This document shows positions 31,101 through 40,514 of a DNA stretch of 64,000 bases, in pieces (within the stretch, counting starts at the first letter, position 1; each line of letters starts with the position of its first letter). Origin of the DNA: Candidatus Poribacteria bacterium (GTDB lineage Bacteria; Poribacteria; WGA-4E; WGA-3G); NCBI GenBank assembly GCA_965215265.1, contig OZ244048.1:4769178-4833177 (forward strand). Direction: 5' to 3'. The position numbers and the translations under genes were made by a program. Below the pieces are notes generated by a model. It was not told the DNA's origin. It was given only the letters and a program-made list of their open reading frames with translations, and did no database searches.

Positions 31101-31347
31101 AGAGGCGTATCAGTTTCTCAGACGCGTTGAAAACGCATTACGGATTGTCCACGACCGGCCGCTGGATGCACTGCCGACGAATAGCACAGAGGTGGAACAG
31201 TTAGCACGAAGGCTTGGATATACATACACAAAGAACCAATCAACTGTGGAGGTATTTTTACAGAATTACGGGAAGTGGACAGAAACCACTCGCACCCTAT
31301 TTAATCACATCTTAAATGCGACTATAGAGAAATTGGAAACTAAGTAA
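28132..31347 (+). CDS. glnE: Bifunctional glutamine synthetase adenylyltransferase/adenylyl-removing enzyme
   Basis: Two NT domains: GMGKLGGYELNFSSDIDV and LGKFGGRELNFSSDLDI; D(I/L)RLRP, WERQAL, GGIRDIEF. Confidence 0.95.
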   Translation: MQLPFSEQQRKDIETLLLDNSDKEAIYRHLHHLAGDDVHIQKPFADIVVRLLTAALNTPNPESALNHFFRFVEGSFNRRWLYQLLHDAPFLIDGVMLSFGASSYLSDILIRTPYYFYDIIDAHVMTVPKTSVQMYQELVTSLARYGSVEQKLRVLRRYKRRESLRIGLRDLFEAADLETTTLELSNLAEATLQHCYEIGSEEVMIPKSGTPLDEAGTGPCKFAIIGMGKLGGYELNFSSDIDVMFVYSDEGQTDKGVPNREYFSQLCEFLIKAMSEVTADGYVFRVDIRLRPESSAGVIIRSMESYESYYEGWGDLWERQALIKARPVAGDMTLGDAFIRMIHPFVYQRYLDGVTLSEIKADIRSTKARIEERLVREKADLQKHVKLGPGGIRDIEFTVQCLQMIHGGQRKSLCSQNTLETLAALKANKLMNSEETDVLSTAYRFLRTVEHRIQIEADRQLYSIPDKEHEELQLARRSGYRDTEEMNAVDAFRKDYRAHTQCVRHIFEKVTATSLQPDNELDIPLLLSETATASPKQSARDASYPSSLIASIDESLQSFGFENVREAQRLLKRLANGGDGVQFSPGVRRTFFKLAPTLLNILRDSPNPDMALRYLSAFMDKVGARSSYYTMFTEKPTTLEALVNVCGTSLYLAELLIASPELFDLLTVPTLIERPKTLREKQVEARQSIADAPSGKILTTLRRYKNDEIWRIALRNILGNASLPMTTAELSDLAEAVLQTIYPQVAVQLSHEHGTPLSPDGMPVTFTIIALGKFGGRELNFSSDLDIMYVYSEDGETTEGLSNADYFSQLGLELVKQLAGAQEMSLYELDLRLRPHGKGGAIALPLAGYQHYYNNTAQIWERQALTRARPVAGDTGGLGARFLEVAHAFTYGKPLTSKAIAEIMHTRKRKEVQATRRRASRRRRYVRNRTPIANVKSGYGGLVDIEFVVQTLQLVYGATVPSIRVQNTLIAIEKLHAIGVLTETEQDQLTEAYQFLRRVENALRIVHDRPLDALPTNSTEVEQLARRLGYTYTKNQSTVEVFLQNYGKWTETTRTLFNHILNATIEKLETK

Positions 31348-31741
31348 CGTTAGGACAACTTTTATACGTTAAAGGGGAGTGGATTTTAGCTCACTGCCTT
31401 TTTTAGGGGTGCACTCGACCTATAGGCAATTCATTGCCTGTCTCTATCTTTTTATCTTGGTCTGTAATTCAACCCCAAAGTACTTCATTCAGCACACTTT
31501 CGTTCTGTAGAAGGGATCTCCTCATCGTGATACACCAGATCAGGACGGTATATGTATAGAATTTCAGTAAACAAATCCTTCTTGCTAAATTGTGGTGAAC
31601 CTGCTAAAATTACCACCAATTGGGTTGGCTTAGTTTTGACTAAGCAGTTCCATGTGAGCTGCTTACAATGTTGGCCCCGGTGTGAAGATCTGATTAAGGC
31701 AATTCAACTGGAACGAACCTAGGCGAAAAAGGAGAGAACTT

Positions 31742-32602
31742 ATGATTTTTGGACAAGGTACACATCAGTACACGGTGCAGGAAAATTGGTGGACACTCCC
31801 TGAGGGTTGGGAATTTGGATGGATTCCGGCTGTCGCCGTGGATTCACAAGATCGTGTCTACGTTTACAGCCGCAGCGAACGTCCAATGGTAGTCTTCGAC
31901 CGGGACGGCAATTTTTTGGCATCTTGGGGTGAAGACATTCTTAAGGATGCACACGGGATTTTTATCGATGCCCAAGATAACATCTACTGTGTAGAACGTG
32001 AGACTCACGTCATGCGAAAGTTCAACACTAATGGTGAATTGCTAATGACACTCGGCACACCGGATCAGCCAGGGGCAGCAGGTGAACCTTTCAATCTACC
32101 GACAGATCTGGCACTGGGTACGGATGGAGAGATGTTTATCAGCGATGGGTACGGCAATACCCGCATCCATAAGTACTCACCGGATGGAGAGTTGCTTAAA
32201 TCTTGGGGGCAACCCGGAACGGGTCCCGGTGAATTCAATCTGCCGCACTGTGTTAGAGTTGATCCGCGCAATCGGTTGATGGTGGCAGACCGGGAGAACA
32301 ATCGTATCCAATTTTTTAGCCTTGACGGCGAGTATATTGAGGAGTGGGGAGATCTGCTGCATCCAGACACCATCTACATTGACGAAGAAAACTTCGTTTA
32401 CATTGCCGAACTTGACCAGCGCGTCACGATAATGACACTAGATGGCGAAGTCGTTTCTCAATGGGGTAGCGAACGTGGGAGTACGGTTGCGGGTGAATTT
32501 TTCGCCTGTCCACACGGCATCTGGTTGGATTCGCACGGCGATATGTACGTTGGGGAAGTTCAGGCGGATGCACGCCTACAAAAATACATTCGGCAGCGCT
32601 GA
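31742..32602 (+). CDS. NHL-repeat beta-propeller (peptidyl-alpha-hydroxyglycine lyase-like)
   Basis: FNLPTDLA, SDGYGNTRI, GEFNLPH, ADRENNRIQ, CPHGI. Confidence 0.88.
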   Translation: MIFGQGTHQYTVQENWWTLPEGWEFGWIPAVAVDSQDRVYVYSRSERPMVVFDRDGNFLASWGEDILKDAHGIFIDAQDNIYCVERETHVMRKFNTNGELLMTLGTPDQPGAAGEPFNLPTDLALGTDGEMFISDGYGNTRIHKYSPDGELLKSWGQPGTGPGEFNLPHCVRVDPRNRLMVADRENNRIQFFSLDGEYIEEWGDLLHPDTIYIDEENFVYIAELDQRVTIMTLDGEVVSQWGSERGSTVAGEFFACPHGIWLDSHGDMYVGEVQADARLQKYIRQR

Positions 32603-32751
32603 CACGCCGGATAGGTTTCTATGAGTAAGGGGGTAATTGCCCGGGCAGGCGACACTGCCTTGATAGGTTTCTATGATTGACACATTTTCACATCAAGAGA
32701 GCGTTAAGGTTCTTTTTAGCGATGCCAAGTCCTATTTTGTAAAGGATATAG

Positions 32752-34179
32752 GTGAAAAGCGTGGGAGCCAAAATTCTTCCTTTTTTTCAAAAAGTCAACC
32801 AGAATTTTGATATGGCAGCACAGTGGACATCGTATCCGCGTGGGCTTCTAGAGCAAATTAAAATTTGTAATAGTTCTTGTCATATCACTTTTCCGATAAA
32901 ACGTGACGATGGCACGATTGAAACGCTTCACGGTTGGCGTGCAGAACATAGCCACCATAAATTGCCAACGAAGGGGGGCATCCGTTATAGTACTCTTGTT
33001 GACGAGGATGAGATAATGGCCCTTGCTGCGCTGATGACATACAAGTGTGCGATTGTGGATGTCCCATTCGGCGGTGCCAAGGGCGGTGTTATGCTAGATC
33101 GGTGCGAGTACTCTGAGGCGGAATTAGAGCGGGTTACGCGGCGGTATACTTACGAACTAATTCAGAAAAACTTCATTGGCCCGGGGGTAGACGTGCCGGC
33201 TCCAGATTTTGGTACCGGCGAAACGGAAATGGCATGGATTCTGGATACATACATGACGATGGCCTCTGATAAATTAGATGCCATCGCGTGTGTGACAGGC
33301 AAACCGATAGAACAAAATGGGATTCAAGGCAGAAAAGAGGCGACTGGGCACGGCGTCGCCTTCGGTTTAAGAGAGGCGTGTCTTCAGGCTGACGATATGA
33401 AACGGATTGGACTGTCGCCCGGTTTGCCCGGGAAAACTATCGTCATACAAGGGTTCGGAAATGTGGGTTACCATGCCGCGAAATTCTTGAGTGAAGCGGA
33501 AGCAGTTGTTGTGGGTATCATAGAAATAGATGGTGCGGTGTATAACCCAAACGGGCTTAATGTTGACGCTGTGAAAGCATGCCTTCAAGAAACGGGCTCT
33601 ATTCGTAACTACCTCGATGGCACTGTGATCGACAATCCGAACGACGCACTAGAGTTGGCATGCGATATCCTCATACCGGCCGCACTTGAGAACCAGATCA
33701 CCGGCGAGAATGCTCAACGAATCAAAGCGAAAATTATTGCAGAAGCAGCGAATGGTCCAACAACACATGAAGCCGATGCGTTACTCACAGAACGAGGCAT
33801 TTTGATCATTCCAGATACTTATCTAAACGCCGGGGGTGTTACTGTCTCCTATTTTGAGTGGTTACGAAATCTATCACATGTCCGGTTTGGCAGACTTGGT
33901 AGACGTTTTGACGAAACACAGCACAAACGGATGCTAAGTGCAGTTGAAAAGGCGACCGGGTATCAATTCTCAGATACGGAAATTGAATTGATCGGACACA
34001 GTGCAGATGAACCAGATTTGGTTAGTTCCGGACTTGAAGATACAATGATTAACGCTTATCAGGAAATTCGAGAAACACGACATCGGTATGGCCCCACCGT
34101 AGATTTGCGTACTGCCTCGTTTATCATTGCCATCCATAAAATTGCGAAAGACTATATGCAGTTGGGTATTTTTCCTTAA
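32752..34179 (+). CDS. Glutamate dehydrogenase (Glu/Leu/Phe/Val family)
   Basis: PTKGGIRY, VPFGGAKGG, DVPAPD, QGFGNVG, EAANGPTT, NAGGVTVSYFEW. Confidence 0.93.
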   Translation: MKSVGAKILPFFQKVNQNFDMAAQWTSYPRGLLEQIKICNSSCHITFPIKRDDGTIETLHGWRAEHSHHKLPTKGGIRYSTLVDEDEIMALAALMTYKCAIVDVPFGGAKGGVMLDRCEYSEAELERVTRRYTYELIQKNFIGPGVDVPAPDFGTGETEMAWILDTYMTMASDKLDAIACVTGKPIEQNGIQGRKEATGHGVAFGLREACLQADDMKRIGLSPGLPGKTIVIQGFGNVGYHAAKFLSEAEAVVVGIIEIDGAVYNPNGLNVDAVKACLQETGSIRNYLDGTVIDNPNDALELACDILIPAALENQITGENAQRIKAKIIAEAANGPTTHEADALLTERGILIIPDTYLNAGGVTVSYFEWLRNLSHVRFGRLGRRFDETQHKRMLSAVEKATGYQFSDTEIELIGHSADEPDLVSSGLEDTMINAYQEIRETRHRYGPTVDLRTASFIIAIHKIAKDYMQLGIFP

Positions 34180-34343
34180 AAAGACAAATAGTCAAACTTT
34201 GTCCATGATTAAATTACAAAGCGTACTGTAAAAAAGACATCGGCCAGAGTAAGTTAACGGCCAAACCTTCTTTAGCGAGGTGGTCACAGATTGCTTCATG
34301 TCGCTTTGGCCAGACCGATTTAAACAAGAAAAAAGAGAGAAAA

Positions 34344-35072
34344 ATGATAGCTTTAAGTGTAAATGTAAACAAAGTCGCTACGTTGAGGAATTCGCGCGGC
34401 GGCGATATCCCAAATCTCATCAAAGCTGTGGATACTTGTATCGCGGCCGGTGCGCAAGGCATCACCGTGCACCCGCGTGAAGATCAGCGCCATATTACAC
34501 CTACAGATGTCTACGATATTGCTGAACGGTTAGCACACTATAGCAAAATTGAATACAATATTGAGGGCGACCCGAGGCCTGAGCTGATTGATACCGTACT
34601 GGACGTACGGCCGGCACAGTGCACCCTTGTGCCTGTCGTCGCTGGCGAAGTGACCAGCCATACCGTCTGGGATATCCCAAAAGATGGCGACAGATTGAAA
34701 CCGATCATCGCCCGGTTGAAAGACGCGGGTATCCGTGTTAGTCTCTTTAGCGGGACAGATTGCGAGCAGATAACGATGACGAGCAATATTGGAGCAGATA
34801 GGATTGAACTCTACACAGCGCCTTATGCAATGGCACGAACCGAATCGGAAATTGAACGCGAATTCAGGCTGCTGTTGACAGCATCGGAGCACGCGACCTG
34901 TTTAGGAATGGGAGTCAATGCAGGACACGATCTGAATCTCGAGAATCTACCGAGGATGCATTCCTTATCAGGTCTACTTGAAGTTTCAATAGGACACCAT
35001 TTGATGGCAGACGCGCTGTATATCGGGATGGAAGCCGCGGTTCAGGCGTACCGTGCTGCGTTAGGGCAGTAG
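34344..35072 (+). CDS. pdxJ: Pyridoxine 5'-phosphate synthase
   Basis: LSVNVNKVATLRNSRG, GITVHPREDQRHI, NAGHDL, EVSIGH. Confidence 0.96.
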   Translation: MIALSVNVNKVATLRNSRGGDIPNLIKAVDTCIAAGAQGITVHPREDQRHITPTDVYDIAERLAHYSKIEYNIEGDPRPELIDTVLDVRPAQCTLVPVVAGEVTSHTVWDIPKDGDRLKPIIARLKDAGIRVSLFSGTDCEQITMTSNIGADRIELYTAPYAMARTESEIEREFRLLLTASEHATCLGMGVNAGHDLNLENLPRMHSLSGLLEVSIGHHLMADALYIGMEAAVQAYRAALGQ

Positions 35073-35163
35073 GTTAATTAACGTATCAGTAAAAAAGCCG
35101 GCGGCGAGTAACGCCGCGGCACATTTATCCGAAGCAAACCTAACCAAACCTGTAGACAAAAAT

Positions 35164-35817
35164 ATGACAAAAACATGTGCTATTTTCGACCTGGATGGGA
35201 CAATTATCCGGCTCTCCTCAGAACAGGTTTTTCTTACCTATCTATTGAACCACGGTGAAATTCCGATACCTAATCTGCTTGCATGGACATCTAATTTGCT
35301 GAAAGTAAAGTCACTCGCGCCTGCGAAAGCAAATAAAATGTATCTGTGCGGTCTGGAACACTCTCGACTCTGTCAGATTGCTCATACCTGCTTTGTAGAC
35401 TCCCTTCGGGCGAGTATTTCCGCACGTGTTGCTGAGGTGATGCAATTTCATCGTGAAGCAGGGAGAACGCTTGTTCTAATGTCCGGTTCGTTGTCCTTGC
35501 TGGTTCAACCGTTTCATGAGTATCTTCAGACTGACATAATGATAGCGCATGAACTTGAAGTAGTTGATGGCAAGGTAACAGGACAGCGAGTTGGGTTGCA
35601 TCCGTATGCACAAAACAAAGCAGAACTCGTCCGTCAGTTAGCGGACACTCACGGATTCGACTTAGGCAATTCTTACGCTTACGGCAATCATCATACAGAT
35701 GCCTATAAGTTGGAGTTGGTAGGGCAGCCTGTCGCTGTGAATCCGGATCGCAGGTTGAGACAGACAGCCGCCAAGCAAGGCTGGGAAGTCCAATTATTTC
35801 ATCCGGAAAACCGGTGA
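35164..35817 (+). CDS. HAD-IB family hydrolase (SerB-like)
   Basis: FDLDGT, MSGS, SYAYG..TD, VAVNPD. Confidence 0.85.
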   Translation: MTKTCAIFDLDGTIIRLSSEQVFLTYLLNHGEIPIPNLLAWTSNLLKVKSLAPAKANKMYLCGLEHSRLCQIAHTCFVDSLRASISARVAEVMQFHREAGRTLVLMSGSLSLLVQPFHEYLQTDIMIAHELEVVDGKVTGQRVGLHPYAQNKAELVRQLADTHGFDLGNSYAYGNHHTDAYKLELVGQPVAVNPDRRLRQTAAKQGWEVQLFHPENR

Positions 35818-35915
35818 AGGGCCGGCGTAATCATTTGTGCCATTCCGAACCTCTACATACGGATTTCCTAAAGCTGGCTTTTTTCGTGTCTTCGTAGGGC
35901 GAGAATTCCTTTGCC

Positions 35916-35982
35916 TCCCAATGGGTGGCAGGTAAAAGGTTATCTTGTCTCATGGACAGAGAAAGATACCTATCCTGCCACT
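35916..35982 (+). repeat. 67-bp structured dispersed repeat, copy 1
   Basis: 65/67 identical to 38088-38154; GTGGCAGG...CCTGCCAC stem. Confidence 0.9.
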
Positions 35983-36084
35983 AAATTTTCCGCACCTCTA
36001 TGTCTTGCTCGCAAGCGCGAAGGAGGCAGTTCCTGCATTGAGATAGCAGGGGCATAAATAGGAACGAGGGATAGAAACGGAATT

Positions 36085-36864
36085 GTGAGACTAGAGAAAT
36101 ATATTGCTACATCAGGCGTTGCTTCGCGGCGGGCAGTAAAGAGAGCGATTCTTGCTGGACGCGTCACTGTCAACGGTGCACGAGTATTGATTCCCGGGCA
36201 TCCGATTAACGTAGCGACGGATAGGGTTGAATTTGACAGTAAGAAGGTTGAACCGGTAAAACAGCGGTTCTATGTGATGCTGCATAAACCTGCTGGCTAT
36301 TTAACGACGCGGCGGGATGAGCGAAACCGCCCCACTGTCATGGAATTGGTTCGGGATATTTCTGAAAGCATTTATCCGGTCGGCCGTTTGGATTTGGAGA
36401 CGGAGGGGCTGCTGCTGTTGACAAACGACGGTACGTTTGCCTATAGGCTTACACATCCAAGCCACGAAATTCCAAAAACGTATCTTGCCTGGGTAGGTGG
36501 CATTCCAAATGATGCAGCAGTTGAGCGTTTGCGTAAAGGTGTCACGATTCCGAGTGGGAAAACCGCACCTGCGAAAATTAGACGTATCAGCGAAAAAGAT
36601 TTTGACGAGACGTGGAAAAAAACAGACATGCCAAACCGTGCTAACCGAATGAGTAGAAAAAGAAAATCTGCACTCCCTGTGACACGGTTTAAGGTGGTTA
36701 TTCACGAAGGGCAAAAACGGCAAGTACGTTTGATGTTTAAGACAGTGGGACACACTGTTATCCGCTTAAAGCGGATTCAAGTTGGTGAGGTGAGGTTAGG
36801 CAATCTGCCGCCGGGGCAATATAGATTTTTAACCCCGGCGGAAATTGCAAATTTGTACGCCTAA
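36085..36864 (+). CDS. rRNA pseudouridine synthase (RluB/RsuA family)
   Basis: S4 domain MRLEKYIA..GVASRR; YPVGRLDLETEGLLLLTNDG; EGQKRQVRLM. Confidence 0.92.
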   Translation: MRLEKYIATSGVASRRAVKRAILAGRVTVNGARVLIPGHPINVATDRVEFDSKKVEPVKQRFYVMLHKPAGYLTTRRDERNRPTVMELVRDISESIYPVGRLDLETEGLLLLTNDGTFAYRLTHPSHEIPKTYLAWVGGIPNDAAVERLRKGVTIPSGKTAPAKIRRISEKDFDETWKKTDMPNRANRMSRKRKSALPVTRFKVVIHEGQKRQVRLMFKTVGHTVIRLKRIQVGEVRLGNLPPGQYRFLTPAEIANLYA

Positions 36865-37766
36865 TCGGCGGATTTCGCTAAGTTTTTCACGTGTGCGAGG
36901 GTTGATTGAGCTTGTTGTTTTACAGCCTCATTTGTCGTGTGGTGCACTAACTTTTCAAGGACCTCGATCGCTTCCGTATATTGTCCTTTGATAGCGTACG
37001 TCGTACCGAGGTAATATTGGGCGTTCTCATAAACATCGCTTTCTGGGTAGGTGTCGATAACAGCCCGAAAGTGCTTGACAACCTTTTGAAAATTTTCCTC
37101 TACAACCTCTGCAGGTTTACCTTCCATCTGTGCACCGTAGTATAGTCCGGTTTCAGTGTGGAGTTGTGGCAGTAAGCCTGTGCGATTTTTCGCGTCAAGT
37201 TCAAACACTTTCTCGCTGATGGGGATAGCTTTTTCAGCCAGTTTCCGCTTGAAGTATGTGAGTGCAATCTCACCGTTCAGTTTCGCATCTTCCGGTGTCT
37301 TCTTTAGTTGCTCCTGTTTTTGTTTGAAGACCTTCTCTGTTTCGAGAGCCGCTTCCATCACCGGTATGAATTGCTCAGGGAGAGTGTATCCGACTTGGGA
37401 GACAACACCGCCCTCCGCGCTCAGGAATAGAATCGCGGGGATACTTGTAATCCGGTACCTTTGGGCAGCTTCCTGATTCTCCGGGTGTTCTTCGTCGTCT
37501 ATATCTACTTTAACAGGAACGAACTTTTCCGCGAAGGCAATGACTTTAGCATTAGCAAATGTCTCAGCATCCAGCTGAGAGCATGAGCTTCACCAGTCTG
37601 CGTAGAAGTCCATCATTACCAGTTTGCCGCTTTCCGCTGCGGTTTTCATACCTTTTTCAATTGACTTCTCCCACTGAATTGCCGCGCTCGCTCTGTGTAC
37701 GGGAATTGTGACTACCGTCAGTAAAAGCGCTGCAGCTGCCAGACTAGGAAAAACAGATTTAAACAT
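36861..37766 (-). CDS. Secreted thioredoxin-fold plus TPR selenoprotein (UxxC; in-frame TGA at 37590-37592), 301 aa
   Basis: Signal peptide; MDFYADW-TGA-SSC continues in frame through FVPVKVD...YRITSIPAILFL into the TPR ORF; SECIS-like hairpin. Confidence 0.85.
37554..37589 (-). promoter_or_regulatory. Bacterial SECIS-like hairpin immediately 3' of the UGA
   Basis: AGC-UC-AUG-C-UCUCAGC-[UGGAU]-GCUGAGA-CAU-UU-GCU; loop 16 nt from UGA with G at loop position 2. Confidence 0.7.
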
Positions 37767-37785
37767 TTTTTTCTCCTTGTTGAGA

Positions 37786-37971
37786 TTAATTTTCATTTGA
37801 TTGTTCCGCAACTGATGCGCTGGTTGTTTTACTTGACAGCGTTGTGCGGCACTGAAGGCAGGTAATAACCGTTCTAACTAAGGCTTTCTGTTTACCAAGA
37901 GGTGACTGCTTCTGTTCTGTTTCTACATAACGTTTACAGCGCATGCACCACTGTTGTCTTGTTACTAACAC
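37786..37971 (-). CDS. Small zinc-ribbon protein (61 aa)
   Basis: CMRC...CLQC; strong AAGGAGG RBS before GTG. Confidence 0.7.
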   Translation of the reverse strand: MLVTRQQWCMRCKRYVETEQKQSPLGKQKALVRTVITCLQCRTTLSSKTTSASVAEQSNEN

Positions 37972-38087
37972 GGTTTCCTCCTTTGCGTGCGAGTTTCCGG
38001 ATTCGTACTCAGAGCTGCTGACTTGACGTGAGAATCAGATATCCCTCTTCGTCAAGGAGTGTTTACCCAAGCAACCAGGCAAAAACG

Positions 38088-38154
38088 TCCCAGTGGGTGG
38101 CAGGTAAAAGATTATCTTGTCTCATGGACAGAGAAAGATACCTATCCTGCCACT
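38088..38154 (+). repeat. 67-bp structured dispersed repeat, copy 2
   Basis: Matches 35916-35982. Confidence 0.9.
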
Positions 38155-38308
38155 CTGGCGAAATAGGTATCCGAAATTTCATTCTCATAGAGCCTTATCG
38201 CTTGCATCAATGAAAAACCTCAGAAACCGCTATTTGTTAAACACACTATATGTGAATAAAAGTTGCAAAGGGCAACTTTCCCTATAAGTTTGTTCAGATG
38301 AATTCTGG

Positions 38309-39697
38309 TCATTTTCCGATACAGAATTGTGAGAAAATCCGGTCTAAGATATCCTCAGTTGTCGTTTTTCCGACGATGTCCCCGAGGGCATCAAGGCTAA
38401 TGTGCAAGTCGACAGCAACGAATTCAGGTGGCATCGCGTTTATTAAACTGTCTATTGCGTGGTTAAGTGCATCTTGGGCGCGCCGGAGTGCCTCTTGGTG
38501 TCGTGCATTCGTCACAATCAGCGATTCGTCGGCGATGTCAGTTTCTCCATCAAGCAGTTCCTCACGGATAGCCGCTTTCAGTTTGTCTACGCCTTTTCCA
38601 TCAGGAATCGCTGTTTGAACTACCCGTCGTTTGGGACAGTAAGCGTGCAAGGCCTCCGGAGTTGTGACGATAGGTAAATCTACTTTATTCAAAATCAAGA
38701 GAGTCGGCTGCGAATTACCTATTTGTAAAAGCTCTATATCTTCATCATTTAAGGGCTGCGATGCATCAAACATTAAAAGTAAGAATTCTGCTTTATTGAG
38801 TACCTCTCTACTTCGTTGAACGCCTTGCTGTTCAACAATATCTTCGGTTTTTCGGATACCGGCAGTGTCAATGAGGTTCATAGGTATGCCGCTCAGGTTA
38901 ATAGTTTCCTCAACGGTGTCGCGGGTGGTACCGGGGATGTCGGTAACAATCGCCCGTGATGTTTCAACGAGCGCGTTGAGAAGCGTTGATTTTCCGACAT
39001 TCGGTTTACCGAGTATGGCGACGGTGGTACCTTCGTTGATGAGCCTGCCTTCTGCTGCTGTCTCTAACAGTTGTGTTAAGTCTGTTCGAAGAATTTCGGC
39101 AGTTTGGAGCTGCGTCTCAACCCTCATGAAATCTAACTCCTCCTCCGGGAAGTCTATAGAGGCTTCAATTTCTGCGAGTAAGGCTGCTGTTTTATCGCTG
39201 AGACGATTGACAGTTTCCGAGAGTTTACCAGTAAGCGTATTGAGTGCAATTTTCAGGCTGCGTTCGGTTTTGGCTCCAATGAGTTCTGCAACGGCTTCAG
39301 CTTGTGCGAGGTCAAGGCGTCCGTTGAGAAAAGCGCGTTTAGTAAATTCGCCAGGTTCTGCCGGTCGCGCGCCTGCCTTAACCACCGCTTCCAGGACCGC
39401 TGTAAGTGGTACCGTTCCCCCGTGACAGTTAAATTCGACGATATCTTCGGCGGTGTATGTTTTCGGGGCCCGCATAATACCGAGTAGTACTTCATCAATG
39501 CGTTCGCCGGAGCCTGTATCTATGACATGCCCATAGGTGAGGGTATGTGTAGGGAGTCCAGATGGACAAACGCCGTGTGGTGCATGAAACAACTGAGATG
39601 CAATATGAATTGCTAGTGAACCGCTGACTCGAACTATGCCGATGCCGCCTTTCCCTTGTGGTGTTGCGATGGCAGCGATGGTATCCCGGAATTCCAT
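38309..39697 (-). CDS. mnmE: tRNA modification GTPase MnmE
   Basis: DTIAAIATP, GEFTKRAFLNGRLDL, GKPNVGKS, DTAGIR, IFSQFCIGK. Confidence 0.97.
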   Translation of the reverse strand: MEFRDTIAAIATPQGKGGIGIVRVSGSLAIHIASQLFHAPHGVCPSGLPTHTLTYGHVIDTGSGERIDEVLLGIMRAPKTYTAEDIVEFNCHGGTVPLTAVLEAVVKAGARPAEPGEFTKRAFLNGRLDLAQAEAVAELIGAKTERSLKIALNTLTGKLSETVNRLSDKTAALLAEIEASIDFPEEELDFMRVETQLQTAEILRTDLTQLLETAAEGRLINEGTTVAILGKPNVGKSTLLNALVETSRAIVTDIPGTTRDTVEETINLSGIPMNLIDTAGIRKTEDIVEQQGVQRSREVLNKAEFLLLMFDASQPLNDEDIELLQIGNSQPTLLILNKVDLPIVTTPEALHAYCPKRRVVQTAIPDGKGVDKLKAAIREELLDGETDIADESLIVTNARHQEALRRAQDALNHAIDSLINAMPPEFVAVDLHISLDALGDIVGKTTTEDILDRIFSQFCIGK

Positions 39698-39725
39698 AAC
39701 TTTGCCTCAGGCCTCAGGGTTAACA

Positions 39726-40382
39726 CTAAGGAGCTTCTGTTGTGATTACAACACGCCGCATTTCGCCTTCGCCCTGGCTATATGTGGAGACAACGTCATC
39801 CGCTTTTAAAGCGAGGTGAATAATGCGCCGGTCCCGGGGCGACATTGGGGCAAGGATAACTTCGCGATGTGTTTGTCTCACTCTCGCTGCTTCCCGATGT
39901 GCTAGCTCAAGAAGTGACTGTTCTCGTCTTTCTCGGTAGCCCTCGGTATCAATAAAAACGCGTCTTTTCACCAGCACAGATCTATTAATCATACAGTTGA
40001 GCAAACGTTCTATAGCATCAAGTGTCTGGCCATGTTTCCCGATAAGCAGCGCAGGCATGTCCGTAATCATATTGAGGTGCGTGCTGCCGTCAATCAAGTC
40101 CGATTGAACTTCAGCTTCAATCCCCATCCGGTTCAGGATTTCCTTTAAGATCGTATCCGGTGCATCTGCATTCGTGTCTATGGACTCTTCTTCTTGGCAT
40201 GTGACTCGAACTTTTGCGGGTTTTGCCCCGAATTTCAAAATTCCCTTTGTCGGTTCACTTAGGATAGTAATTGTAACCTCTTCACGTTCTAGCCCAAGTT
40301 CAGCGAGGGCACTTTCAATTGCTGCCTCCACCGTACTGCCTTCGGTTTCAATATAGTTTGGCACAGTGAGGTTCTCCTTCAT
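39726..40382 (-). CDS. jag: Jag/KhpB (EloR) RNA-binding protein
   Basis: Jag_N, KH (LLIGKHGQTL), R3H (RDRRIIH); position between yidC and mnmE. Confidence 0.93.
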   Translation of the reverse strand: MKENLTVPNYIETEGSTVEAAIESALAELGLEREEVTITILSEPTKGILKFGAKPAKVRVTCQEEESIDTNADAPDTILKEILNRMGIEAEVQSDLIDGSTHLNMITDMPALLIGKHGQTLDAIERLLNCMINRSVLVKRRVFIDTEGYRERREQSLLELAHREAARVRQTHREVILAPMSPRDRRIIHLALKADDVVSTYSQGEGEMRRVVITTEAP

Positions 40383-40395
40383 TGATGCGCTGTTG

Positions 40396-40431
40396 TGGTA
40401 GGAGCTGGAACAGGTCCTTTCTTACCTACCA
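40396..40431. repeat. GTAGG...CCTAC palindrome (REP-like)
   Basis: TGGTAGG...CCTACCA between yidC and jag. Confidence 0.45.
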
Positions 40432-40514
40432 TATCCCTACCTTCAGTTATTTGTCACAATTAGGATGCACTAGCAGTCTCTGACAAACCTTATCGCTTCA
40501 ATCCACAAAAAATG

